Below, one piece after another: positions 40,806 through 52,683 of a stretch of 64,000 nucleotides of DNA. This stretch comes from Blasia pusilla. Lineage: Eukaryota. Within the stretch, counting starts at the first letter, position 1. Every line of letters begins with the position of its first letter. The notes beneath the pieces are model-generated. The model made no database searches. It saw only the letters and a program-made list of their open reading frames with translations, and had not been told where the DNA came from. Location of the stretch: assembly GCA_050084515.1 (NCBI GenBank), contig CM114271.1, forward strand, positions 27,776,001 through 27,840,000, given 5' to 3'. The position numbers and the translations under genes were made by a program.

Positions 40806-42759
40806 TTCATATTCACTTCACTTTCTCTTGTGAACTCATGTATGGTTTTGTTTCGTTTCTGGAATGTCTAGCAGTAGTTGCTCTCATTCATTAGAACAAA
40901 AGAACGTTTCCCACGTGTTTCTCGATCCGAAAGTAAGATAACCAGTCCGAGGACACCTGGTCCTTTCTAATGTCATATACGTAAGAAGGCTCTCACCCAA
41001 TGTTTCTCAACTATCAGATACATCTCGCTGTTCCCCGGGATCCGAAGGCGTTAACCCTTCATACATCCTGCATATGGTCGTTAGCTAAATTATTTCCGGG
41101 TTTATGGATGTAGGCCTAGCCATTGCTTAAGCGAAATCCACGGGTGCAATCCATCCTGTGTTCCAATGGATTTCCCGCAAAGTGGAATCATAGGAGTTGC
41201 TTTCGTCTTAGGTCTTTTCGTTATGGGTGGTTTGTTCATCGCGTGTGGTGTATGCGTAAGTAGTCTTGAGCAATCAAACGTCCTCATAACTCATGTCTTG
41301 GGACCATCCTTGGCTTCTGCCAAGTCTACATACCAGGCTATCTCTCTGCTTCCGATCCCTATCTCGTTGTGATTCCCTGCGTCGAACTGGTTTCGGTGGC
41401 TTGACGATCGGTGGTCCTGCAGGGCTACCCTCTGGTGCCTTCGGAACTTCAGCCATCGCTCCACCCTTTTGAAGCTCACCTCTCAAAATCTTAGCGAGGC
41501 GATGTTTCCTTCCGTTCAGAGCGCCACAGTTAATTGCCCTACACCACCTTATTCCACTAGCAATAGTCAAGATCCTAGATCGCTCGCACTCAACCTTCCA
41601 ATACTTCGCTGGGCGAGCAATATCAACAGACTGGACCACTATTGAAAGAGCCGCCCCGTGTTTCACTCGCAACCACACGCAAACGCTCCTCGTGAACGTG
41701 CAAGTAAAGCCATGGAATCCAACTGAATTGCAAGGACTAGACAGAAGCTTAACCAGGTGACAGTTGTGGTGGCCCATCCTCTGCGGGTAGACATTGAAAG
41801 AACCACCCCACCTGTAGGCGTCCCGGGGTATGCCGGATACACCCTGTAAGCGGGGTATCTGAAGAAGAATCCGTTTCTGTCCAACCGGGTAATGCCCGGA
41901 CTATGTCGTGATCTCTGATCCTATTATGTTAGAAATCGTAGTGTGTTATGAAATTGTGAATTACTACAGCACCAAATATATTGAGTTTTTTTAATTACAT
42001 TGTCACATTGAGTGTGCTCTCACACCTCCAGCCTCGTAATGAACTCTAAGTATTTTTAGAAATAGGTGCCTTATTGAGACGGGGTGAGAAAAGGGCCAAA
42101 CATTAGTTATACGTGATAGTATGGGATTGCAAAATTCCTTCTCCAACGATTGGCATTGTCCTCCGACGACTCCTATCCAGTAGACATTTGTAATTTTAAG
42201 GAATTAAGTTAAGAAACAAGGTTAAGGTTATGTTAAGACACAAGATAACTAAGCTAAAGTAATAATTTTATTTTGTGCATAGCATGGGCATTGTTTTTGG
42301 GATTAAGTGAGAAGTTACTCCAAGAGGAAAATGGCAAGATTTGTCTCTAGTGAAGAGCTTGAATCCTTCCATATGGTAGCAATCCATACTCCAACAGTCG
42401 TTTTCAATCCTTTACAATCCCATGATCAAATTGACTAAGCTAATCTACCTACAATCAAAGGTTAGGAGTTTGCATCCAAAAGTCACATTCCTAATGATTA
42501 TGAGTCTTGTTAATGGTGTCACTACATTCGATGGTGAATAACTCTCTCCCAAACCGCTTATGATTTGACTCGCTCGACTCTACTGGCATTACTTCCAACT
42601 TTGGCTTGTAACCCACAATCTCGAGCATGATGCACAACTTCTAATACCATGAGCCAAGTAGAGCAAAGAGCATCTTGTGTCCATCCCTTAGGGATCGATC
42701 CCATGCACAATTTCTTAGAGTCGCAACCCAGGGCAAGAAACCTCTTTCGATCTCACCCC

Positions 42760-43063
42760 CAGCCACTACATCACCTTTCTTGGTAGGCATGGGGCTCAAC
42801 AATGCAACATTTGTGACCTATCACAACCTCATGTGACATTGCATGTAAACCAGTTCAGGTCCATCGCCTAACTCAAGACATGACGCCATGATGCCTATGA
42901 TACTGACAATACTGTCGTCACTCCTGTGGGAAATCTCATCCCTCCCTCTCGCTCATCCGCCTTGGGCTCCATCAAGCATTGTGCCTGGTCATCCCAAACC
43001 AAGCCAAGTCTAGCCTCCTTATGTGCATAGGAAGCAAGAAAACTCACAAATGTGGGAAAGGCT
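42760..43063 (-). mobile_element. Older DNMT-gypsy relic, left part (host of the younger insertion)
   Basis: Matches ~47330-47640 (methyltransferase motifs IX-X); continues at 53198. Confidence 0.8.
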
Positions 43064-43706
43064 TATCGTGCGCATACACATTGCTACACAACATACATCG
43101 TTGTCAGCGAACACACACTCAAACACGCACGATCCCATGCTAACTCATGGCATCCAAATAACGAGACAAGAAGTACTAAAATATCTCCAATTAAAGTAAG
43201 ATCCAATCTCTCTCTACACCATCTCACACCATAGCTCTCAAAGGTGTGCACTCTCTCTCATGTCAAACCAAACCCACTCTCCTAATAAGAGGCTCGGGTT
43301 ACACTCACAAGGCAAGGGACCATAGCTCCGCTGCCTCATGCCAAGAGGTTCAACAAAGAGAGAATGAGCTCTCAAGCTCTCTCTCCTTGAGGTATACCCC
43401 TCCCCTCTCCCAAGCTCTCTCCATGGTAACTTATTCTCCCAAGTCACCTCCTTGGCTCTTGACCTGATGTAGGAGGTCAAGGGCCAATTACCAAAAATCG
43501 AAAGTTGATCATCTACTCAAAATGGTATTTACCTAAAATAGTAAGTTACTCAATATGGCTCCAAATGAGCCGAAACGAAGGGGAAAACCTGCTCTCTCAG
43601 ATTTCCCGATGCCTTAGCAGGTTATCCTCGACCTACTGAGCCTGTCCTCCACTACTCACGAAGGCGATCTACTAGATCTCACCAATCTATCCTAAAATAC
43701 GTGACA
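43064..43706 (-). repeat. Complete 3' terminal repeat (A 128 bp + B 515 bp) of the DNMT-gypsy element
   Basis: Homologous end to end with the solo repeat 55985-56616 (opposite orientation); t(a/g)tcgtg...cgtgaca termini. Confidence 0.9.
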
Positions 43707-43708
43707 GC

Positions 43709-43836
43709 TGTCGTGCGCATACACATCGCTACACAACATACATCGTTGTCACCGAACACACACACAAACACGCACGATCCCATGCTAACTCATGGCATCC
43801 AAACAACGAGAGAAGAAGTACTAAAATATCTCCAAT
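43709..43836 (-). repeat. Extra copy of repeat A, separated from the full repeat by 'gc'
   Basis: tgtcgtgcgcatacaca...aaaatatctccaat repeats 43064-43191. Confidence 0.9.
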
Positions 43837-44008
43837 CGTCCCCTAGCTTGTGGTTAGGTCCCTCTAACTCCATATAGCCATCTATCCCTACCTACCATGA
43901 CATACATCTCTAGGATGTTAAGAGCAGAAAGGCTGGATGCTTATGTGGCCCATCGTTAGTTGCCTTCCTATTATCCATGTCACAGAAAAATTCGGAATCG
44001 AAACCTAC

Positions 44009-45260
44009 CTAGTATCTCCTCTTTGTACATCTGGGACACATCCATCGTCCCCGAGGAACCCTAGTGAGAGGTGGCATCAGACATGCCATATGCCAACCAC
44101 TCGAACATCCATCACAAACTAGCATCGTGGCCGCACCACGAGCAGAACCACACAACATACAATGCAAGCCTGCAGGAACTACTATTGAGCTCGGATCTAC
44201 TGTATCATCAATGTTAGGAAGGTGACATGGCGCACAATTATGCACATGGTCCTTCCATACCATACCATCGCGTCCCTCCAGCAAGAGAACACCGGATGGC
44301 AAAACGTCACGTACTCTCAGGATAGTGCGTCTTACAGTCACATCCAACGTCGTCGGTGCCGTCTGCTGCAAGTAGACATAATCTCCTTGATGAAACCTCT
44401 TGATAGTTGGTCAATAACCACCGCCCCGAATAGTCGCATACCTCAACGTATCCCGATGCTGCGCAATCGCCAAGTTCTCGAACGCCATGGGCATCACTCT
44501 TCGAAACAACACAGCCCTCTGAGAACATGCTCGCATCCATACATCTGGGTCATCAAGGTCCAGCACCTCACTAGCATCTCGACGAATGGCCGTAGGTAAA
44601 TCTGGATCTCGGCCATAAAGTAGCAAGTACGGTGAAAAAGACGCTAATGATGCCTGCCTGTTGCATCTGTATCCCATCGCCAACCATGGTTACTGGAGGT
44701 CCCAATCTCCTAGATGACCTCTCTGCAAGCCATACTTGCGTAAACCCCTCTTCACCATCTGCACAACTCTCTCCGTTAATCCGTCCGCCCTAGGATGATC
44801 TCGCGAAGTTGTGCGGTGATCGATCAGCACCTGATCACACAAGGCCTGGAACTCACCGCGAAACTCGGTAGCCTGGTCTGTCAACACCTCAGCCGATACG
44901 CCATAATGACTCAACACTCTATCAAGGAAGGCATAAGCTACTCCCTCACTCGCTTTGTCAGGCAATGCAACCAACTCGATCCACTTCGAGAAGTGCTCGA
45001 CCATCACCAACACATAACGACTATGACGCTCCGTCAAAGGCAAAGATCCTGCAAAATCCAAATTCCCTCTATACCCTAAGCCCATGATCGGTAATGGGTG
45101 TAATTGTGGAGTCGGAGCATTGAACGATGCTCCAACCTAATCACACACCATGCACCTGGCAACAAACTGTTGAACGTCAGTCTGCATGCCTCGCCACCAA
45201 TACTAAATCTGGAGCAAACTTTACGTCCACTTCACCCCAAAGTGACCCAACTCCTCGTGG
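44009..45260 (-). pseudogene. Integrase (DDE core) with C-terminal PHD finger
   Basis: DFAGSLPLTERHSRYVLVMVEHFSKW...VLTDQATEF...HPRADGLTERVVQ; PHD CMLC-x10-CDGC-x4-H-x2-CLMPPLTRVPRGRWMCPRC at ~44024-44163. Confidence 0.9.
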
Positions 45261-45361
45261 GTTGGCTGTACTAGTTGTGCTCTCTGCGAAGGATGCAGCA
45301 CTACGCGTACTCTACCATCCTCCCAAACCCTCAAAACATGTGTCCCCTCCCAACGGAACAG

Positions 45362-47010
45362 TCAGGCCCGCTGTAGGATCCGATCCCGCTCTCTAGCACC
45401 CACGGTGCTTGCAACGCTGCCTATACGACGGTACTCCAAAACTACTCCATCATCATGAATATCTCGGCCACGTGTCGTCTCCTCACTGGCCTCGGGATCC
45501 AAGGACTCTCCACTAGACCTTGCCATCGATGTCTCCACACTCTGGCTCTCCAATGCCAACATGTCTAAATAGGCTGACGCGTGCCATCCTGGCACTGACT
45601 CCTCATCACTCTCTCCATGCCATCGAGCTCCAGTCGCATCTCGCTGACTCACGCATGGGTTACGACTCAACCCATCTGCATCCTGGTTGAGCGTCTTAGG
45701 TCTATGTACCACCTGAAAATCATACTTTTGCACCAACAGAGCCCATCTTGCAAGCTTCCATGTAAGCTTGTCAGACTCCATCAACCACTTCAGTGGTTGA
45801 TGATCAGTGATGATAGTAAAGGGGTTTCCGAATAAGTAACACCTGAAATGCGCAACAACCCACACTCCAGCCAAGCACTCACTCTCATACGAGTTGTACT
45901 TCACCTCTGCAGCGTTGTTCGAGGGGCTAGCGTAAGCCACCAGGAACTCTCTACCCTCATCATCATGATGGGTGAGCACCGCTCCAAGCCCCAGCATGCT
46001 CCAATCTGTGTGCACGTGGAAAAGACGCCTCCTGATCGGTCTCCTCAAGATGGACGCCGACGTCAACCTGTCCTTGAGCAATTGAATGCTCGCTCCTGCT
46101 CATCCCCCCAGTGCCACTCATTATCCACCTTGGTCAGCAAGGTCGGCGGCTTCACAATCGAACTGAATCCCTTGACGTACCGCTGATGGAAGTTTGCCAA
46201 TCCCATGAATGCGCGAACACGGCTCACATCTGTAGGGCGTGGAATGCGTGAGATAGCCTCTACCTTCGTCTGCTGAACACCAAGGCCCCTTGGGTATATC
46301 GTATGACCGAAGTACTCAATCTGGTTGTAGAAGAACTTGCACTTGCCTGGATGTAGCTTCAGCCCATGTAATTGCAATTGTCAAAACACCTCCTCTAGAT
46401 ATCGCTCATGCTCCTCAACCGTGGCGCTAAAGACTACAATGTCATCAATATAACACCTAGCAAAATCCAGACCAGCCAAGATCCTATCCATGACCCTCTC
46501 AACTCAGCCGGGGCGTTCTTTAAACCAAATGGTAAGAACCGCCACTAGTACAAAAAATCCTTCCCGTGAGGATCGATGCCCCAAAATGTCATCTGCTACC
46601 TGTCCTCCAATCTGATAAGCAGCTGATGGTATCCGGCTCATAAATCCAATGAATTGAAAACCTTTGTATGACCAATCGCATCAAAGATCTCCTCAAGGGT
46701 GGGCATGGCATACCTATCGGACTTCGTGTGCCGATTGATAGGTCGGTAATCCCCACACATCCGCCTATCCGTCCAGTTGTCATGCACGTCCTTCTTGGCG
46801 GGCATGACAGTGGCAGATGCATACTCCCCATGCGACATCTCCACTAGTCCTGCTCCAACCAAGTCTTGGCTCCTACTCTGAATCAGAGCCCTCTCCATAT
46901 CATTGTACCTGTAGGGTCGTCGGAAGATCGGCGTATCACTCGAAAACTCAATGCGGATCCCCGATCCCTTCAACGTACCCAAATCCTCCATGCTAAACCC
47001 AAAGCATCTC
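45362..47010 (-). pseudogene. Reverse transcriptase and RNase H of the DNMT-gypsy element
   Basis: PIFRRPYRY, RRMCGDYRPIN...SLDL, PFGLKNAP and YIDDIV (46430-46540), HTDWSMLGLGAVL, ITDHQPLKWL, NQDADGLSR. Confidence 0.92.
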
Positions 47011-47419
47011 CTATAACTCCTGAGGAACTGATATATTCGGTGCCGCTCTCCTCCTATCAACTTAGGCTCCCAAGTCTCCATCGTGACTACGATAGCACTC
47101 TCCGGCGCGGATATCGGTGGTTGCAATGGTGCAAGCCCGTCTCGAACAACAACACTCAATTTCTCTCCTGGATCCAACTGCAAACTCTGATCTCCTCCAC
47201 ATGCAGTGCCCGAAACCACGCTCGATGTTGTGGCTATCATCTCCTGGCATACCTGCAAAACATCCCAAGAAGTCCAAGGGTGTCTCTCTCGATCTCCCCT
47301 GGTGTGTCGATCTCCTCGGCTCTTGCCCCCAACCACTGCCTTCACCTTCTCGGAGGCAGAGGGCTCACCAACGCAACCGTTGTGATCTGTCACGATCTCA
47401 TCCGACGCTGCTCAGCCAC

Positions 47420-48362
47420 TCCCAAGCTGAAGATCCATGTCAAGCAGCTCAAGTCCATCGCCTGACCCAAGACATGGCGTCGTGATGCCTCTGAGACTGC
47501 CGTCACTCTTGGGGGGAATCATATCACCCGCTCTCTCTCGTTGGTGTTGGGCTCACCAACCTCTAAACCTGGTCATCCCAAACCAAGCAATTGGCCTCCT
47601 TGTATGCATAGGAAGCGGGAAAACTCACAAACGTGGGAAATATTGCCCGCTTCTTGCCTACCCTGTTGACCACAGTCAACGGTGGTCGATCATCGTGCCT
47701 CATTGTCTGTGACCGAAAATCTGGATCCACAAAGGAATCCACTAACAAATGGGAGGGGCGCTCCACTATCGCATACGCCCTCCGTAACACCGCATGGGGC
47801 ACCAAGTTGGTCCACCATACACGCGGGCGATGGACTCTAGAGCCTACACTCGCCGCAACCAAGAACACTGTTGGGCCGATCCACGCACGCACCTTATGAG
47901 CACTCATCACCACCCGTGACCTAGAGTCTCCTAAGATGGGCACATTCTCCAGAATGTTGGCTGGAGAATGAGACTGGTGCTCCTGCAACTGCCATAAGAC
48001 CCTCAACATCTCCGAAAACAACCTCGACCGAGTATCAGCCAACCCGCTTCCTCGTCCACCACTCGATTGGCCCTGACATGGCCAACCATAAATGACCAAA
48101 TCAATGGTCCCTACCCGCTCTAAGTCCTGCGCCCCCAATAATGAAATATCCCTTGGTAGGGAACTCTGGTATTCCTGTACCGCGGACGCAAACAATAAGT
48201 CGAGAAAACGTAGGCGTAACTGTGCCACATGTCGTAGTGAGATGCGCCTCGCAACATGATCACTCTCCACATACATATACTATTGTACTCGCACTCCTGC
48301 CTGCAAAACATCAACTAACCTGGTGCTAATCCCTCCAAAGAGATCTAACACTCAAATACCCT
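47420..48362 (-). pseudogene. DNMT3-like DNA (cytosine-5)-methyltransferase domain inside the retrotransposon polyprotein
   Basis: Motif I GI*VLDLFGGIST; II YVESD; IV DLVIYGWPCQG; RLFSEMLRVL; VI ILENV; VIII VHRPRVWWTNL; IX-X (after a frameshift) ERERVI*FP...SRRHVLGQAMDL. Confidence 0.9.
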
Positions 48363-48788
48363 CCTCCGGGGTACACCATACAATGGGTGTGGTATCCAAG
48401 GGTGTCATCGTAGCACTCCCTGATACCTCAGGTTCCTCAGACCCGTCATGCTTCGGTGAAAATGCCTCCATCCACGCGGTTTGCACGTGCTCATCTGCCA
48501 ATCGTCGGAGCTCCTCAGTCAAGCCCCACAACAGCACCTCTCCTCCACGAAATGATGCGGCTACCATAACACTCCTCTCCATAGAAATGTTAGGAATGGG
48601 AGTATCCTCTGCATGGACATGTCCCTCAATCAAATCACTAGTTCAAGTGATGGCACTACTAAATGCTGCTAAGGTCACCATCTCTCCTCGCCGTTGCTCG
48701 ATCACTGCACATGTGAATCGAACGGGTAATGAGCTAAGGCGCCCATCACCGACCGCCATCCACAGTGCAGAGGGGCCGACTCTTCCCA

Positions 48789-50830
48789 TTAATCCAGAGA
48801 AAACCCCATCGGGTATAACATTGCTCCACCAACCAAGACGTCGTAGGACTCTGCATCAGTCACTATCGCCTTGGCTCGCACCACGAACTCATCTGGAGGA
48901 TGTCCCGGGCGAATCCTCACCACGACCTCCTGTCCATCACCTCTTCTGCAGTCACCTCTAATGTGATGCAGGAACTCCAACTCCATGCTCACATAGCGTA
49001 GCGGCCAGCCAAAGGCCTCGGCGGGCGTACCCCCCAACGTCATAATATCGGAAGCAAAAAATAAAGGAGCGTGGTACACAATGGTGGCCGCCCCCAACAA
49101 CGTGCTCGAAACATGCCCCTCCTGAGCATCAACAATAAAAGGCTTCGCACTCGCTTCTCCCATCGCCCTTCGTGCTTGCACACCAACAACATCACCAACT
49201 CTCCAGGAACTGTGATCAGGACCCATCGATGAGGTCCTCATCGCCTCAGACAACGTGAAAGACTGAGGAAGCCTAGTCTGTTTCCTGGCTTCCCCTCGTT
49301 GTGGATCCAACTCTGTGGCTGCTCCACGCGTCACAACTACGGCGGCCTCTATCTGGGCAACCCCGTACATCCAACCAGGATCCTCCATATCTCTGGCTAC
49401 TCCATATGATGTCGATGCCACGCATCGGGCATCGGGTAATCTCAATGCCATAGCGGCAATCTGCTCCTGTAGCTGATGTATCTGAGCAACCATCCTAGCC
49501 TCACGCCCGGCATCTCCCTCGACGCGTCTAGGTGTTAGGACTATACCTCCTCCACGGGCAGCTCCACCACCCTCTCGGGAAACTCCAGCTCCTCGTCCCC
49601 CAACGGGACCACCTGGTGCACGATCTCTAGGCCCATCCCGACCGGTTACTCGCTCTAGTGCCCTCTCTGGCCCTCGATCCGGATGTAGCTCAGGATGTAA
49701 ACTGAAACATCTGGCATGTGTGTGACCAAACCTCTGACAATAGTCATATTGATAACCTCCTGGTGCAGCACCATCTCCTCCATGCTGAGGCACACGTCCA
49801 TGACCCTGACGAGTGCAATCGCGCTGATGATGGGCTCTACCACATGACCAACAAGTAGTAGTAGGCGGCTACTGCTGAGCCGCATATAAAGGCGCAGGTC
49901 TCTGTGGCACGGCCTCCCAATATCCTCCTTGAGCTCGTGGTGCCACAGTCGACCTATCTTGGAGTCCACGTTGCTGCATAGGTAGTGTAGAAAATCGTGA
50001 CTGCTCTCGCCCAGAACCCATGGTGGCTACGCTCTCCTCCGCCATGTTGCGCTCAATGTTCTCGGCGGTCCTAAAAACATCTTTGAACGTAGGGGAGGTG
50101 TTCATAAGAAGCATCCCCTCCCGCACCCGTGTCCGCAAGCTCCCATCCAGCATCGCGTACCATGACTGGATAGCATGAGCCTCTGTCACCCCCTGAGTGA
50201 CGTTGATCAACCAGCGCAAGCGAGTGTTACTCACAAAATCTCACACGGGCGCCTATGGAAGTTGTGGATGCTCCGCAACTTCTCCATCTGTATCCCGTGG
50301 TAGCTCGCTCTCAACTCAGCTAAGAACTCAACCACATGGTTGAACCTAGGACGAACCCGACTAGACGGTGCAATTGCTCTAGTGCGAGTGACCTCTCCTA
50401 AAACATCACAAGTGGAAGAGGAAGTAGCCTCTCTTGACTCCTCCTCCTCCTCCTCATCTAGGAACGGCTCCGTCCATGACACATAATGTGGGTCATAGTA
50501 GAGCCTCCACGCCTAGATCTCACGTGCATATCTCTGAGAGAACTCATGGTTATCGTCCATTGGCATCCCCTCTAAATGCTGGAACATACCGTTCCATGCT
50601 GTAAACGGGTTGAACTCTCTAGAGTTCCCGGCCCGTTGGGAGTTGCACCAACTACTAAACTCTGCTATGAAATTGTGCAACTCAATCGTGCCTACTGCAC
50701 ATGAAAACCTACGCGGTCCTCTACCCCGATCGTCCATCTCGTACGCCCAACTGGTAGGACCACTCACAATGTGTGGCGATGTGCTCACAAACTCCTCTAC
50801 ACGCTCCCCCTCGACTGAAGACGACACACA
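48789..50830 (-). pseudogene. Gag (with degenerate zinc knuckle) and C-terminal half of the aspartic protease
   Basis: YQYDYCQRFGHTHARC knuckle; VVVRIRPG...AESYDVLVGGAML protease C-terminus; catalytic D(T/S)G not found. Confidence 0.65.
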
Positions 50831-51924
50831 AAGAGATCAAGGTGGTCTCTCATGTAGAGACCCTCGAAACCTCGCACCACTCTGGGTAAACCCTCCAGAG
50901 CTACTCTTAGGTCCACTACTTCGCCTCTCAAAATCCTAAAAGGACGCCGTGATGGCCCTCATGCCCCTCTCACACGATCACTCTCAACCTCGCGAGTTAT
51001 CCCTCAATCACTCATCCCAAACATGCGGCACTCGATCTACATTCTCCCTCCCCGAGACGTATATCGTGCGGCAACAAGCGGCGTGGTGCGGAAAATCGAC
51101 CAGGCTATTATCTCATCGATAACCTACCCTCAACTCAGGACATCCCATACAGGTCTATGTCCCCGAAACCACATACATAACTAATGCTCTCAGCATCCAC
51201 ACACCCAATATCCCCAAATAAACTACCTAAATCCCAGAATCCCTCACACGTGCAGGGTAAAGGACCAAAATGGGTAACCTGAACACATGTCGATGTCGCT
51301 CCTCAGCAACTGCAAATCTCGACCCCAACTTGGTCATGGAGACAAATCCTCCAATCAGTAAGTCATACTCCTCCTGTACTGATGCTGCTTAAAACTCCTT
51401 GATGGACAGTGCGATTCCAGTGGAACGGTGCGGCGTTGGAGGCGGCACAAGACGACTTCGAACGGCACGGCCCTCGATGGTGGGATGCGGCACTCGGCAG
51501 CATACCCTCCTCAATCAACAATAAACCCACACTCTGCTCCACAATGACGGTACGGCTTCGCGATCAAGACCGCACGGTGCGGCCACGAGCGGCACTACGC
51601 GGCAATCGGCGGCGTGTTGCGGCTACGGGCGTCACGGCACGGTACTCGATCGTCATCGAGCGGCTACCAATCACAACATCGCATCATGAAATCAAAACTC
51701 AAACACCATAATTGGAAGTCATCTACCATCACTGGTTGATGAAGAAACTGCGATGACGGTGGCGGCAGTTTTGTCATCAACCAGTGATGGTGATGGTCAG
51801 AGAATCAACGGTGGTCGTGGAAGACCCTCCACTTCATAATGGCGGAAATGGCAACCAAAGGGTGGACAACGGCCGAATGCAACTCTGACCAACGATGGGA
51901 AACGGCAACGGCCGACAGTGGCCA

Positions 51925-52105
51925 GTGGACGGTTGGACCGTTGATGGTGACGGTTGATTGTTGACGGTGACGACGGATCGTTGACGGTAACGGCGACGGT
52001 TGACCGTTGACGGTGACAGTTGACCGTTGAATGTGGGTGTGATGGTTGACCGTCGATGGTGACCTTTGACCGTTGATGGGTGACGGTGACGATGACGATG
52101 ACGGT
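51925..52105. repeat. Degenerate short tandem array (gttgacc/gttgacggtgac units) in the 5' leader of the DNMT-gypsy element
   Basis: Repeated gttgaccgttgacggtgac-like motifs. Confidence 0.75.
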
Positions 52106-52683
52106 CGCCGCCGGCGTGGCGGCTAGTTTAGGGTTTGAACAATTTAATCCTAAAAATCGCCTAGCAATGGCAATTTTGCAAGATTGACCATAACGTTTAC
52201 TTGCAACTCCAAATTGAGCATCATTTGTTGCACAACATGCATAGCTTCACGATCTACAATGGCAACAAAAAATATTTGGAATTGGATATTCCAGTAAAAA
52301 CTGACAGGGATTGTCGTAAAGCCTAATGTCTCTTTCTCCTACACCAAATTTAGCAGCGCTTCCGCGCAGATTTCTCCCAACCAAAATATAAAACCTATAA
52401 AAATACAAATCAGCAAGCTATATGGTGCTCCCGAGAGCACCGGCATGGTGCAACCCACCCCCATAATCAATCCCTATCAAAAATTGGGCAGCGCTTCCGC
52501 ACGCCACTCTTCCACACGAAAAATCGGCAAATGCAAAGAACAATCAAAGCAACCCTTGCTCCGGTGAGCACTCCCATGAGCCGCTGAATGGGGAACACGG
52601 TCCCCAACCTGCAAAAACAGAGAGTAACCAGCGAGCTCCCCCATGAAGCTATCTCACTCTCTCATTCTCTCATTCTCTCTTTG

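Noticed and set aside
47420-48362. A host DNMT3 gene merely surrounded by TEs
   Set aside because: Intronless, collinear with PR and RT on the same strand, and repeated in the same context in other copies
51925-52105. CRISPR-like array
   Set aside because: Short degenerate units without unique spacers; eukaryotic context
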